Origin: Arcobacteraceae bacterium
GTDB lineage: Bacteria; Campylobacterota; Campylobacteria; Campylobacterales; Arcobacteraceae
Assembly (NCBI GenBank): GCA_048268245.1
Contig: JBLWVX010000011.1
Span: 1 to 64,000, forward strand
Direction: 5' to 3'
Length of the DNA stretch: 64,000 nucleotides
How positions within the stretch are numbered: the stretch's first letter is position 1; the number at the start of each line of letters is the position of its first letter. Both the position numbers and the translations under genes were made by a program. Below are positions 22,648 to 33,191 of the stretch, in pieces. The notes under the pieces are model-generated. The model ran no database searches. It was not told the DNA's origin and saw only the letters and a program-made list of their open reading frames with translations.

Positions 22648-24014
22648 TATATACCGATAACTTTAATTAATTCAGTCATTGAAGTTATATTTTCACTTAC
22701 CTTTAGCTTTCCATCATCAAATAAACTTTTATACTTTATCTTTCTTAAATATTCATTGAAACTATTAATACTTTCTTTTTTAAAAATCATTGACGATAGA
22801 TTTTCATCAATATTCAATGCTTCTGCAATAACAGTTCTTCCTTTATATTTTGTAAAGTTACATTTACTACAACCTTTTGAGCCACAATGTTTACAATAAG
22901 ACAAAACTAACCTTTGAGATAAAATAAGCTTTAAAGTAGTTGATATTAAAAAAGGGTCTGCTTTTAAATCAAAGAGTCTTGTTATTGTTTCACTACTACT
23001 ATTTGCATGAATACTAGCTAGTACTAAATGACCTGTTAAAGAAGCTTGTAAAGCAATTTGTAAAGATAGTTCATCTCTTATTTCTCCTATAAAAATGATA
23101 TCAGGATCTTGTCTTAGAATGTTTCGTAATACTAAATCAAAATTCAAACCTATTTTATTGTTAACTTGAACTTGAGTAATATTTTCAAGCTTGTACTCTA
23201 TTGGATCTTCTATAGTAATAATTTTTCTTTCATTAGAATTTAGCATATTTAACATTGAATAAAGAGTGGTAGTTTTACCACTACCTGTAGGACCTGTAAC
23301 TAAAATCAAACCTTGAGTTAATTTTAATGCATTTTGAATATGAAGTAAAATATGAGAAGAAAAACCTATTTCATCAATATTTATATTGATATTCTTACTA
23401 TCTAAGACTCTAATTACTATTGATTCTGCTTCTAATGTAGGCATTGTTGATAATCTAAAATCAAACTTTTTTTCATTTAAAATAAGAGAAAATCTACTAT
23501 CTAAAGGAAGCCTGGTTTGAGTGATATCAAGATTAGAGATTAGTTTTAAATATGAAGATACAAGTTTTATAAAATTCTTTTCTAAAACTAAAAAAGTCTT
23601 TAGATTACCATCAATTCTAAATCTAAAAAGAGTTAAATGATTACTGAATTCAATATGTATATCACTACTATTTTTCTCAATAGAATAGCTTAAAAGCTTT
23701 TCTAAAAAAGTTTGCATATATGAACTGTTTAAGTCATCATACTCTCTACTTTTTCTTGCTAGTGAAAAAAGCTTAAGCTTGATATTTATATCACTTAATA
23801 AAAATTGAATATCTTCTTTTTTACAAGAGAAAAATTTTAGGTTCCTGTTCTCAAAAAACTCTTTACAGCTATCTAATTTTGAGTATTCACTTACATATAA
23901 ATATAAAGTTAGTCCATCATCAAAAAAAGGTAAAATAATATTATCTTTTAAGTAAGACATATCATAACTTTTAATTAAATCGTAATCTATTTTTTCATTT
24001 AAAACTGTTTTCAT
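22647..24014 (-). CDS. GspE/PulE/CtsE secretion ATPase
   Basis: SDIHIE, GPTGSGKTTTLY, TIEDPIEY, LRQDPD...GEIRD and CxxC Zn motif. Confidence 0.92.
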   Translation of the reverse strand: MKTVLNEKIDYDLIKSYDMSYLKDNIILPFFDDGLTLYLYVSEYSKLDSCKEFFENRNLKFFSCKKEDIQFLLSDINIKLKLFSLARKSREYDDLNSSYMQTFLEKLLSYSIEKNSSDIHIEFSNHLTLFRFRIDGNLKTFLVLEKNFIKLVSSYLKLISNLDITQTRLPLDSRFSLILNEKKFDFRLSTMPTLEAESIVIRVLDSKNININIDEIGFSSHILLHIQNALKLTQGLILVTGPTGSGKTTTLYSMLNMLNSNERKIITIEDPIEYKLENITQVQVNNKIGLNFDLVLRNILRQDPDIIFIGEIRDELSLQIALQASLTGHLVLASIHANSSSETITRLFDLKADPFLISTTLKLILSQRLVLSYCKHCGSKGCSKCNFTKYKGRTVIAEALNIDENLSSMIFKKESINSFNEYLRKIKYKSLFDDGKLKVSENITSMTELIKVIGI

Positions 24015-24645
24015 TATAAACCTTTAACTCTAATTTCTTACCATCTTTTTTTAAAATTACACTATTTTTATTTATTTGTATTATTTTATAAGATGAAAAA
24101 CTCTCTCCCTTTACTCTCCACTTATTATCTAAAAATGCATAGTTATAAATGATTGCTTTTAACTTAGGTTTAGTATTTCTAACTTGAGATAGGGTTGATT
24201 GTTTTTTAATATTTTTTATATAAGATTTTTTAAAGTCTATTTTTACTTTTGCATTTAATATATTTGTTTTCGAACTATATATTTTTGATGTTTCAAAAAA
24301 AAGAATATTAGAGTTAGTATCAATATTTTCAATAAATAAAATAAATTTATCTATATCTTTACTCTTAGCTTTAAAAGCTATATTAATTACCCTATTTTTT
24401 ATAGCAATACTTAAGATTTTAATACTTTTCTTATTAGCATAGTTTTGAATTTTTGATATTAAATCTATTGATGAAAATTTATAATCAATTGTTTTTACCT
24501 TTGGTAAAGATACTTTAATCTCTTTATGATTTTCATAAGTCATAAAAAATAAAAATAGTATTAAAATAGGTAATAAATATAATTGTAATTTTGTCTTAAA
24601 GTTTAAGTTTTTAAACTTTTTATTTAATTGATTTAAAGCTTCCAT
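23995..24645 (-). CDS. Hypothetical bitopic protein, probable T2SS/competence accessory component
   Basis: Single N-terminal TM helix; overlapping stop/start with neighbouring genes. Confidence 0.55.
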   Translation of the reverse strand: MEALNQLNKKFKNLNFKTKLQLYLLPILILFLFFMTYENHKEIKVSLPKVKTIDYKFSSIDLISKIQNYANKKSIKILSIAIKNRVINIAFKAKSKDIDKFILFIENIDTNSNILFFETSKIYSSKTNILNAKVKIDFKKSYIKNIKKQSTLSQVRNTKPKLKAIIYNYAFLDNKWRVKGESFSSYKIIQINKNSVILKKDGKKLELKVYNENSFK

Positions 24646-25495
24646 GAAAAACATACCTTTTATTATCAAACTGTAAACTACTCGAAATAATTTTACTTTT
24701 ATAGATATCTAGGAACTTAAAAATCTTACTTTTATTATCTGTAGAGATTAAAAATTCAAATCTATTATTAATATATTTGAAATTTACAAGTTCTAAATCA
24801 TATTTTTTTATGTTTTCATAAAAGAAAATAAATCTATCATGAAAAGAGATAAAACTCATTTCATCACTTTTGTTTTTTAAGTTTTGTAAATATTTTTGTT
24901 TTTGAAGTTGTGCTATTTTTTCATTTTCTATTTTTGTATAGTTTATATATGTTGTAGAAACAACTAGTAGTACTAATAAATATAGAAGAAAATAAATAAA
25001 ACCATACTCTTTAGTTTTATTTATATCAATTAATATTGATTCTATTTTGTTTTGATTATAAGATGAAATCAATGAATTTAACTCATCACTAGATACATGA
25101 ATAATTTCATCAATATTAATACTTAAATTGAAAGATACAAACTCAATTAGTTTTTCATCACTAAGTTCATAATCTAAATCTTTATAAAAGTAAAACTTAC
25201 AATTTACATAAACACAAAAAAATGATTCACATATAACTAATGTATATTTAGATTTTTTACAAATGTTTGAAAATAACTCAAAAACAAAATGTTTAGTATT
25301 TGGAAGAGCTATAAAAAGTTGATATTTATTTGATAGATATAAGTAGTTTACATATATTGCTTTTTTTTCATAAGAGTCTTGTTCATTTATATATAAAGAA
25401 GTAAGAATAAAATCTTTTAAATTTTTTCTTTTTATTTTTTCATTGGATTCTATTTCTAAAGTTTTAAAGTCATTTTTTAATGCAATAGTATTCAT
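24620..25495 (-). CDS. Hypothetical bitopic protein, probable GspL/PilN-like accessory component
   Basis: Cytoplasmic N-domain then a TM helix; first gene of the E/F operon. Confidence 0.5.
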   Translation of the reverse strand: MNTIALKNDFKTLEIESNEKIKRKNLKDFILTSLYINEQDSYEKKAIYVNYLYLSNKYQLFIALPNTKHFVFELFSNICKKSKYTLVICESFFCVYVNCKFYFYKDLDYELSDEKLIEFVSFNLSINIDEIIHVSSDELNSLISSYNQNKIESILIDINKTKEYGFIYFLLYLLVLLVVSTTYINYTKIENEKIAQLQKQKYLQNLKNKSDEMSFISFHDRFIFFYENIKKYDLELVNFKYINNRFEFLISTDNKSKIFKFLDIYKSKIISSSLQFDNKRYVFHGSFKSIK

Positions 25496-25570
25496 AATAA
25501 CTCACTTCAAATAATATAATGAGTTATTATGACAATAAAAAGTTTTAAAGTAACTTAAGTTATAACTTTT

Positions 25571-26455
25571 TTAATTATCTACATCATAACCTAATTCTTT
25601 TAAGCCTTTTTTATTTTTAGTCCAACCTTTTTTAATTGAAACAAAAAGCTCTAAGTAACACTTTCTTCCTGTTAGTTTTTCTATTTTAAGTCTAGCATCT
25701 TTTCCTATTCTTTTAATAGCAGTTGCACCTTTTCCAATAATCATACCCTTTTGAGTACCCTTTTGTACAATAATAGTAGCTTTTATAACATCTAAGTTTT
25801 CTTTTTCTTCAACTTTTTCAATTAAAACATCTGTTTCATAAGGAATCTCATCTGAAATATTTTCAAAAATTGATTCTCTAATAAACTCTTTAAATATATC
25901 TCTTAAATGTTCTGTAGTCATAATCTCAGGATCAAAAAGATAAGGATGTTCAGGAAGATAATTTACGACATCATCTAAAATATCACTATGTGTTGTTTGC
26001 TTTTTAATAGATACAGGAATAATAGACTCATATCTATCAGAGTATTTTTCATACTCTTTCATTTTTTCTAAAACTTCTGCATTAGATACATTATCAATTT
26101 TAGTTAAAAGAAGAACATGCTTTACATTTTTTTTGTTTTTTTCTAAAAAGTTTTCATAATGTGACAGTTTATCTGTAACAGGAGCTAAAAATAAAATCAA
26201 ATCACAATCACCCATTGCTTTTAGCGCTTCATCTAACATAAACTGATTTAAAAGTTTTTCTGTTTCATGAATTCCTGGAGTATCTACAAATATAATTTGA
26301 TTGTCTTCATGCATTACAATAATATTTGATCTTCTTCTCGTAGCATTTGCTTTATGTGATACCATTGCAATTTTCTCACCAACTAGCCAATTTAAAAGTG
26401 AACTTTTACCAGCGTTGGGTCTTCCAACTACAGATACATAACCACATCTTGTCAT
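25571..26455 (-). CDS. era: GTPase Era
   Basis: GRPNAGKSSL, DTPG and TKID motifs; EIPY and KH domain IIGKG. Confidence 0.96.
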   Translation of the reverse strand: MTRCGYVSVVGRPNAGKSSLLNWLVGEKIAMVSHKANATRRRSNIIVMHEDNQIIFVDTPGIHETEKLLNQFMLDEALKAMGDCDLILFLAPVTDKLSHYENFLEKNKKNVKHVLLLTKIDNVSNAEVLEKMKEYEKYSDRYESIIPVSIKKQTTHSDILDDVVNYLPEHPYLFDPEIMTTEHLRDIFKEFIRESIFENISDEIPYETDVLIEKVEEKENLDVIKATIIVQKGTQKGMIIGKGATAIKRIGKDARLKIEKLTGRKCYLELFVSIKKGWTKNKKGLKELGYDVDN

Positions 26456-26536
26456 TAATATTCTCCTTAGGCAATAAGCCTATTTTATTATTTAAGAAAG
26501 ATTTTAACATCAAAGTGTTTACAAAGTGGTAAAGCC

Positions 26537-28405
26537 CTAAAACACATCTTTGTATCTTTCTTTTACAGCAAGAAATTCATCAAAGTTCTCAAAAAGTATA
26601 TCTACTAATAGTGGATCAAAGTGAGTTCCTCTATTTTCTTTAAAAAATTTCTTAATATCCTCAATAGGCCATGCTTTTTTATAACATCTATCACTTCCTA
26701 AGGCATCAAAGACATCTGCAACAGCAGTGATTCTTCCATAAATATGTATTTCATCTCCTTTAAGTCCTCTTGGATACCCTGAGCCATCCCATTTCTCATG
26801 ATGTTCATGTGCAACAATTGCAGCAGCTTTTAATATATTCCTTTGTGAATGTTTCAACATATCATATCCAAGCTGAGTATGGGTTCTCATAACTTCCCAT
26901 TGGTCTGAATCTAATTTTGCTGGTTTCTTTAAAATATTATCAGGAATACCAACTTTTCCTATATCATGCATAGGAGAAGCTTCTTTTAAAAGCTCTGAAG
27001 TTTTTTTATCAAGCCCATATTTTAAAGCTAGTATTCTAGAATACTCTGCAACCCTTCTTACATGATTACCTGTCTCTTTTGATCTACTTTCACCAATAGC
27101 ACCCATTGTAAAGATAACCTCTTTTTGAGTATCTTCAATCTCTTTATTTAAAGACTCAATTTCATGAATATTCTCATCAATAGTTGATGTCATATTATTA
27201 AAAGAGCTTGATAGTTTTCCAAATTCATCATTTGTAAAAATAGGAAGTTTTGAAGATAAGTCTTTTTTTTCATTTACTATTTTTTCAATATATTGAATAA
27301 TAAACTCTAAAGGAAAATTGATTCTATAAATTAATGTAGCAGCAGCTAAAGCTAATAAAAGTAAAGAAGCAAGTCCCACTATAATTATAGTAGAGGTAGT
27401 AGTTTTTGACACATTATCTGAATGTTCTAAAATATCTATTTTTATTTGAGATGATATATCATTTAAACTATTAATTGTATCAATGATATCTAAGTTGATT
27501 TGTTCACTTTTTCTAATTAAGTTTTCAAACCTACTTTGCTCTTCTAGTAGTCTTTGCTTTGAAACAATAAATAGTTCTATAAGATCTTTAGCTTGGAAGA
27601 ACTCATTATTTATATTTTTTAAATTATTTTGAAATCTTAAATCATCTATACCATTTATTCTAATTAAACTATTTTCAAAAAGAGTTATAACCTGAGTTAA
27701 ATTATTTCTTTTAATACTTCTTATAAAGTCTTCACTTTTCGTACTATTTATAGTTGATAAAAGTGTTGGAAGTTTTAAAATTGAGCTATCCAAATCCTTA
27801 GATAAACTCATAATTCTTTCGAAGTTGAAAATTAAATTTAAATCTGAATTTTGCATTTTTTTTCTAGTGTATCTTTTACTGTATAATGAAGCTTTACCAT
27901 ATAAAGCCTCTGTTTCATTTGAAATAAATTTAATTGAATTATCTATTCTTGATTTATATTGACTTATTTCATCATTAAAAAATAAAACTATACTTTTTGA
28001 ATCATATGTTTTCTTTTGCAATTCAACTAAACTAATCAAACTAAAAGAGATTTTCTTTAACTCTTTATTGTATTTTTCTAAATACTCTTCTTCTTTTATA
28101 ACTAAAAAATTATCATCTATTTCTAATAGTTTACTTTCATATACATCAAACTGTTTTTTATTATCAATTAATACAATTCTATTTTCTAAATAGTTTATAT
28201 CTTTGATTATACTTAGTACTTTCTGATTTTGTTTTTCTAAATCTAGAATATTTTTTAATGTAGTCTGATCATATTTAATAGTAGAAGATAAGTATGTCAT
28301 TGTAATAGCAAAAATGACAATTACGATACCCATTACAACAACACCTAAAATAACTATCTTTTTAATTGATAGATTTTGTGTAAGTTTTTGAAATAATTTT
28401 AACAT
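26537..28405 (-). CDS. Membrane-bound HAMP / HD-GYP cyclic-di-GMP phosphodiesterase
   Basis: Two TMs, HAMP (DEFGKL...FN.M), ETGNHV.RV, HDIGK, HHEKWDGSGYP and ADVFDAL motifs. Confidence 0.9.
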   Translation of the reverse strand: MLKLFQKLTQNLSIKKIVILGVVVMGIVIVIFAITMTYLSSTIKYDQTTLKNILDLEKQNQKVLSIIKDINYLENRIVLIDNKKQFDVYESKLLEIDDNFLVIKEEEYLEKYNKELKKISFSLISLVELQKKTYDSKSIVLFFNDEISQYKSRIDNSIKFISNETEALYGKASLYSKRYTRKKMQNSDLNLIFNFERIMSLSKDLDSSILKLPTLLSTINSTKSEDFIRSIKRNNLTQVITLFENSLIRINGIDDLRFQNNLKNINNEFFQAKDLIELFIVSKQRLLEEQSRFENLIRKSEQINLDIIDTINSLNDISSQIKIDILEHSDNVSKTTTSTIIIVGLASLLLLALAAATLIYRINFPLEFIIQYIEKIVNEKKDLSSKLPIFTNDEFGKLSSSFNNMTSTIDENIHEIESLNKEIEDTQKEVIFTMGAIGESRSKETGNHVRRVAEYSRILALKYGLDKKTSELLKEASPMHDIGKVGIPDNILKKPAKLDSDQWEVMRTHTQLGYDMLKHSQRNILKAAAIVAHEHHEKWDGSGYPRGLKGDEIHIYGRITAVADVFDALGSDRCYKKAWPIEDIKKFFKENRGTHFDPLLVDILFENFDEFLAVKERYKDVF

Positions 28406-28414
28406 AATTATCTC

Positions 28415-29566
28415 CTAAAATTTTACATCATTAGATATCAAGACTAGTTCAAAGTTTTTATTAATTTTACCAATCCAAACCCTATCGCTATATTGTGAGT
28501 TCGGATTGTTAAAATCTGATTTAAATCCAAATCCTAAATCAAATTTATGTAAATTATTTAAAGCTTCATATATAGAATTTTTACTTAATGAATTTGTATC
28601 TTTACCAATAGCTTTTATAAGTAACTTACCTGCTAAATAGCCCTCAAAAGATATTTGATTATAATCTTTTCTTCCATATTTTAATTCATAAGCTTTTTTA
28701 AATTCATTTATAACTTGTAAATTTCCTTCATTTTTTAAAGGTGGTAAAACTAAGGTAGTATAAATATCTTCTCTATAAGTTGGGAGCTGCTTTACTACCT
28801 CTTTTATATTTACAGGAGATAATAAGAAAAATTTTGCATTAGGGAAATCTTCTTTAGCATAATTAATAAACTTTATTGTTGCTTTATTAACACCAACAAC
28901 TATAATTGCTTTAAATGACTTATTCCAGTCTAATAATTTACTTAAGCCTAATTCTATATTATTAGTATCTTTTGTGTATCTCTCATGAGCAATATTAGAA
29001 GCAGTAAAATTTCCATTATCTAATATAGCTTTTAATACACCTAAATAACCACTATCACCATAAGTATCATTTTGAGAAAAAACCGCAATCTCATCTTCTT
29101 TTATTCCTAAATCCAATAATTTTTTAGTAATAAAATATGCTTCTTGAGTATATGAAGCTCTAAGATTAAAGATATATTTATCATTTTTATTTCTAAGTAT
29201 GTTTCCTCCACTATATGAAGCAACAAAAGGTATTTTATTCTCTTTGATAATAGGAAGTACTACATTAGCAGTTGGAGTACCAACACTACCTAATATAGCA
29301 TGTACTTTATCTTTAAAAATCAATCTTTTTACATATTTACTTGCTAATAGTGGTTTATATTCATCATCATATGAGATAAGTTTATATTTATCATTTGAAT
29401 TTTTATTATGCGTATGAAAATAAGTTTCTATTCCTTTTTTCATATTTTCACCTAAATAAGAAATAGAACCTGAAAAATCAGCTGTCATCCCAATCTTGAT
29501 TTCAGTTGCATAAGAAAAAGAAAAAAGAGAAATAATACATAAAAATTTTTTAATAAGGTTAAACAT
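28415..29566 (-). CDS. Periplasmic ligand-binding protein (LivJ-like ABC SBP family)
   Basis: Signal peptide; DD.Y.P, G.VGTPT, NLRASY..E, QND.YG and SFEGY motifs. Confidence 0.85.
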   Translation of the reverse strand: MFNLIKKFLCIISLFSFSYATEIKIGMTADFSGSISYLGENMKKGIETYFHTHNKNSNDKYKLISYDDEYKPLLASKYVKRLIFKDKVHAILGSVGTPTANVVLPIIKENKIPFVASYSGGNILRNKNDKYIFNLRASYTQEAYFITKKLLDLGIKEDEIAVFSQNDTYGDSGYLGVLKAILDNGNFTASNIAHERYTKDTNNIELGLSKLLDWNKSFKAIIVVGVNKATIKFINYAKEDFPNAKFFLLSPVNIKEVVKQLPTYREDIYTTLVLPPLKNEGNLQVINEFKKAYELKYGRKDYNQISFEGYLAGKLLIKAIGKDTNSLSKNSIYEALNNLHKFDLGFGFKSDFNNPNSQYSDRVWIGKINKNFELVLISNDVKF

Positions 29567-29619
29567 AAGAAACCCTTTAAATATTATTATTTTATTATAA
29601 CATATTTATTTTAGAATTT

Positions 29620-31128
29620 CTATCTTTTTCTAAAGTTTAAACTTTTAAGTAAATCTGACTTTTCTATTTTTACATGATTATTTAAATCTGCTATTGTTCT
29701 AGCAACTTTTAAAACTTTATTTATACTTCTATAAGATAATTGATAATTAATAATTGCTTTATTTAATATCTCATCAGATTCTTTATCTAAAACACAATAT
29801 TTTTTTATATCTTTATCATTTAACTTACCATTTAAATCTTTCTGACCTCTTTTTATCTGTTTTAAAAATACTTCTATTACACTTTTGTGAAGTTCTTTTG
29901 ATGTTACGATATTTTTATTATCACTCAAATTATCATTCATAGTTACAAACATATCAATTCTATCTAAGAATGGTTCAGATAGTCTATTTTTATATCTTTG
30001 TATTTCTAGGTCACTACATCTACACTCTTTTATATTTGATAGAAGGTTTCCACATGGACAAGGGTTCATAGCAGCTATAAATGTAAACTTTGTCTCATAT
30101 TCTATTTTTGTATTTACCCTTGATATTAAAATTTTGTTATCTTCTAAGGGTTCTCTTAAAGCTTCTAAAATTGATTTTGAAAAATGAGGAAGTTCATCAA
30201 AGAACAATATGCCATTATTACTTAAAGCCACCTCTCCTATTTTTGCATTTTGACTACCTCCTCCAAAAATTGAAGACTTTGTACTGCTGTTATGAGGACT
30301 TCTAAAACTTCTAGTAGGTGAAAAATCCACTTCTTTAAAATCTAATGCCATCAATTTTGCTTTTTCTAAAATCTCTTCTAAATTCATAGGTGGCATTATA
30401 TATTTTATTCTTTTTGCAATCATTGATTTCCCACATCCTGGACTACCTTCCATTAAAAGATTATGATTCCCAGCTGCGCTAATAAGTGCTGCAAATTTAG
30501 CCATATCTTGTCCTATTACATCTAAAAAGTTTAAATCATATTCTTCTTTATAGTAAAATTTCTGTTCTTTATACTCTAAAAAATTATAATCTAAAGAACT
30601 ATTTTTAAAAAAGTTTTCTTTTTTATCTGAAGAAAAAAACTCTATTGCTTCACTTAAAGTATTTACTACATATATTTCTAAACCTGGAATTTTGGATATT
30701 TTCTGAGCTGTTTTATAACAAACTAAAACTTTTTTTATAGTTTTCTGTTTAGATAAAGATAAAACAATTGGAAAAATAGAATTTGTATCTTTTATTTTTC
30801 CATCCAATCCAAGTTCACCAAAAATATAGAATCCCTCAAATAGTTCATTTTTATTATCATAAAAACATATTTGTAAGGCAATTGCTAAATCAAAGTGAGA
30901 ACCTTTTTTCTTAATTTCGCTTGGAGCTAAATTGATAGTAATTTTTAGTGGTGGAAATTTGAAATCATTGGTTAACAGTGCTGATTTTACTCTATCTTTT
31001 GATTCTTGAATACTCGTAGAGATCAATCCTACTATTGTAAATGATGGTAAACCTTTTGTAAAAGTAGCTTCAACACTTACAGGATGAGCTTCTATTGTTT
31101 CTAAAGATGCTGATTTTATTATTTTCAT
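29620..31128 (-). CDS. comM: YifB/ComM Mg-chelatase-like AAA+ ATPase
   Basis: ITINLAP...K.GSHFDL, GSPGCGKSM, FDELPHF, AAMNPCPCG and ARTIADL motifs. Confidence 0.92.
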   Translation of the reverse strand: MKIIKSASLETIEAHPVSVEATFTKGLPSFTIVGLISTSIQESKDRVKSALLTNDFKFPPLKITINLAPSEIKKKGSHFDLAIALQICFYDNKNELFEGFYIFGELGLDGKIKDTNSIFPIVLSLSKQKTIKKVLVCYKTAQKISKIPGLEIYVVNTLSEAIEFFSSDKKENFFKNSSLDYNFLEYKEQKFYYKEEYDLNFLDVIGQDMAKFAALISAAGNHNLLMEGSPGCGKSMIAKRIKYIMPPMNLEEILEKAKLMALDFKEVDFSPTRSFRSPHNSSTKSSIFGGGSQNAKIGEVALSNNGILFFDELPHFSKSILEALREPLEDNKILISRVNTKIEYETKFTFIAAMNPCPCGNLLSNIKECRCSDLEIQRYKNRLSEPFLDRIDMFVTMNDNLSDNKNIVTSKELHKSVIEVFLKQIKRGQKDLNGKLNDKDIKKYCVLDKESDEILNKAIINYQLSYRSINKVLKVARTIADLNNHVKIEKSDLLKSLNFRKR

Positions 31129-31340
31129 ATTATAACTCTTTTAAAATAATTAAATAAATTATAACACAATCTTTATAAATATAAAATATGAAGGACAAAT
31201 AAGATAGTATCTTCGTTATTAAATATTTAAATTAGAAAAGAAAGGTCATCATGTTTGGATTAGTATCAAATGCTCAGCTAGAAGTACTAAATAATTACTT
31301 TAAACAATTTGTAGAACTAGTACAGTGTAAAAGAAATAAA

Positions 31341-31489
31341 ATTGAATATATAGAAATATTTTACAATAGGCAAAGATTACATTCGTATAATAATTATATG
31401 TCACCATTAGAATTTGAAGAGAAAATGTTACATTTAGAAATGGCTTCGTAGATTATTATTCTTGTGTCCTATTTGGGGTTGACATATCA
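31341..31489 (+). mobile_element. IS3-family remnant (transposase C-terminus plus right terminal repeat)
   Basis: EYIEIFYNRQRLHS..NYMSP.EFE is the IS3 OrfB C-terminal motif; followed by GTGTCCTATTTGGGGTTGACATATCA ending in CA. Confidence 0.8.
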
Positions 31490-31657
31490 GAACTTTATGT
31501 TACCTTGAACAAAGAGGAAGGAAGATTTTAAACTTCTACTCTTCAAACGCTTCAAAACTAAACTATTAATCAAAAAAAAATTTTAATAAACTAACATAAA
31601 TATTTGATTTATCTATAATAGGTATAATAAGAAAAATTTTATTATGGAGTAATTTTT

Positions 31658-32026
31658 ATGGACTTAATAAATTGTCCTGTATGTGAACATCAAATATTAT
31701 CAAGAATTGGAACTATTTGTCCAAATTGTGGTCATACAGTAAAATATTTTGAAGGGAATAAAAAAAGAAAAGCTTATAGCAAATATTTTGCATTATCTAT
31801 TTTTGTACCATTTACATCTTTTCTAATTGTATTATTCTCAGCAGTTAATCAAATAGCATTTTATGTAGCAATTGCACTATTTATAGTTCTTGCTATATAC
31901 ACAATACCTCTAAGATATAAAGATTTATTTTTTACTAGTTATGAAAGATATTTATTTTGGGGAATTTGGCTATTAGGAAATGGTTTAGTTGTAACTATGA
32001 TTTACAATCTATTAAATAAGTTTTAG
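31658..32026 (+). CDS. Zinc-ribbon membrane hypothetical protein
   Basis: CPVC...CPNC followed by three hydrophobic helices; GGAG SD. Confidence 0.75.
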   Translation: MDLINCPVCEHQILSRIGTICPNCGHTVKYFEGNKKRKAYSKYFALSIFVPFTSFLIVLFSAVNQIAFYVAIALFIVLAIYTIPLRYKDLFFTSYERYLFWGIWLLGNGLVVTMIYNLLNKF

Positions 32027-32056
32027 AAATAAAAGAAAAAAGAGTTAAAAAGTTTA

Positions 32057-32578
32057 TTAACTTTTTCCTTTTTCTTTTAACTTCTTTTTCCACTCTTTTT
32101 CGAATTTTTTTCTTTTTAAAAATGATAAGTTTTCAATAAATAAGTGACCTTCTAAATGCTCCATTTCATGTTGCCATGCAACTGATAGAAAGTCTTCAGC
32201 TTCCATAGTTTGTTTTTGACCATATCTATCATAGTATTCAACTATAATATGCTGTGCTCTTTTTACATCCTCATGAAACCCTGGTACACTTAAACATCCT
32301 TCAGTAAAAACTTGTTCACCATCTTTATGAGTAATAACTGGGTTTATAGCCTCAATTAAATCCTCTTTTGCTTGAACATCATTCTCATCAGGTAGACTAA
32401 TAATAAGTATGTTTAATGGAATCCCAACTTGAATTGCAGCTAGTCCAACTCCATTTTGATCAATCATTGTATCATACATATCATCTAAAAGTGTGTGAAG
32501 TTCATCATCGAACTTCTCCACATCTTTAGACTTTGTTCGAAGTAATTTATTTGGATAAGTAATAACTTCTCTAATCAT
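32057..32578 (-). CDS. def: Peptide deformylase
   Basis: GVGLAA.Q, EGCLS and QHEMEHL motifs. Confidence 0.96.
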   Translation of the reverse strand: MIREVITYPNKLLRTKSKDVEKFDDELHTLLDDMYDTMIDQNGVGLAAIQVGIPLNILIISLPDENDVQAKEDLIEAINPVITHKDGEQVFTEGCLSVPGFHEDVKRAQHIIVEYYDRYGQKQTMEAEDFLSVAWQHEMEHLEGHLFIENLSFLKRKKFEKEWKKKLKEKGKS

Positions 32579-32589
32579 TATATAAATCT

Positions 32590-33174
32590 CTATTTATGTC
32601 TTGCTATAACTTCGTCAACTAAACCATACTCTTTTGCTTCAGTTGCACTCATAAAATTATCTCTATCAGTATCTTTTTCAACAGTTTCAATATCTTGACC
32701 TGTTTGTTCTGCAATCATACCGTTTAATTGATCTTTCATTCTTTGAATCTCTTTAGCTTGAATCTGAATATCAGTAGCTTGACCTTGTGCTCCACCTAAT
32801 GGTTGGTGAATCATAATTCTAGAGTGAGGAAGAGAATATCTCTTACCTTTTACTCCAGAAGATAATAAAAATGCACCCATAGATGCTGCTTGTCCTATAC
32901 AAATAGTACAAACATCTGGCTTTATATAATTCATTGTATCATAAATAGACATACCACTTGTAATCACTCCACCTGGAGAGTTGATATAAAGATAGATGTC
33001 TTTATCTGGATCTTCAGCTTCTAAAAATAAAAGCTGTGCAACAACTGTAGAAGCTACTTGGTCATTAATCTCACCACTTAACATAATAATTCTATCTTTA
33101 AGAAGTCTTGAGTAGATGTCATAACTTCTCTCACCTCTTCCACTTTTCTCAACTACGTATGGTATATAGCTCAT
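32590..33174 (-). CDS. clpP: ATP-dependent Clp protease proteolytic subunit
   Basis: DIYSRLL.DRI, YINSPGG, AASMGA and MIHQP motifs. Confidence 0.97.
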   Translation of the reverse strand: MSYIPYVVEKSGRGERSYDIYSRLLKDRIIMLSGEINDQVASTVVAQLLFLEAEDPDKDIYLYINSPGGVITSGMSIYDTMNYIKPDVCTICIGQAASMGAFLLSSGVKGKRYSLPHSRIMIHQPLGGAQGQATDIQIQAKEIQRMKDQLNGMIAEQTGQDIETVEKDTDRDNFMSATEAKEYGLVDEVIARHK

Positions 33175-33191
33175 TTATCTATCCTAGTTAA

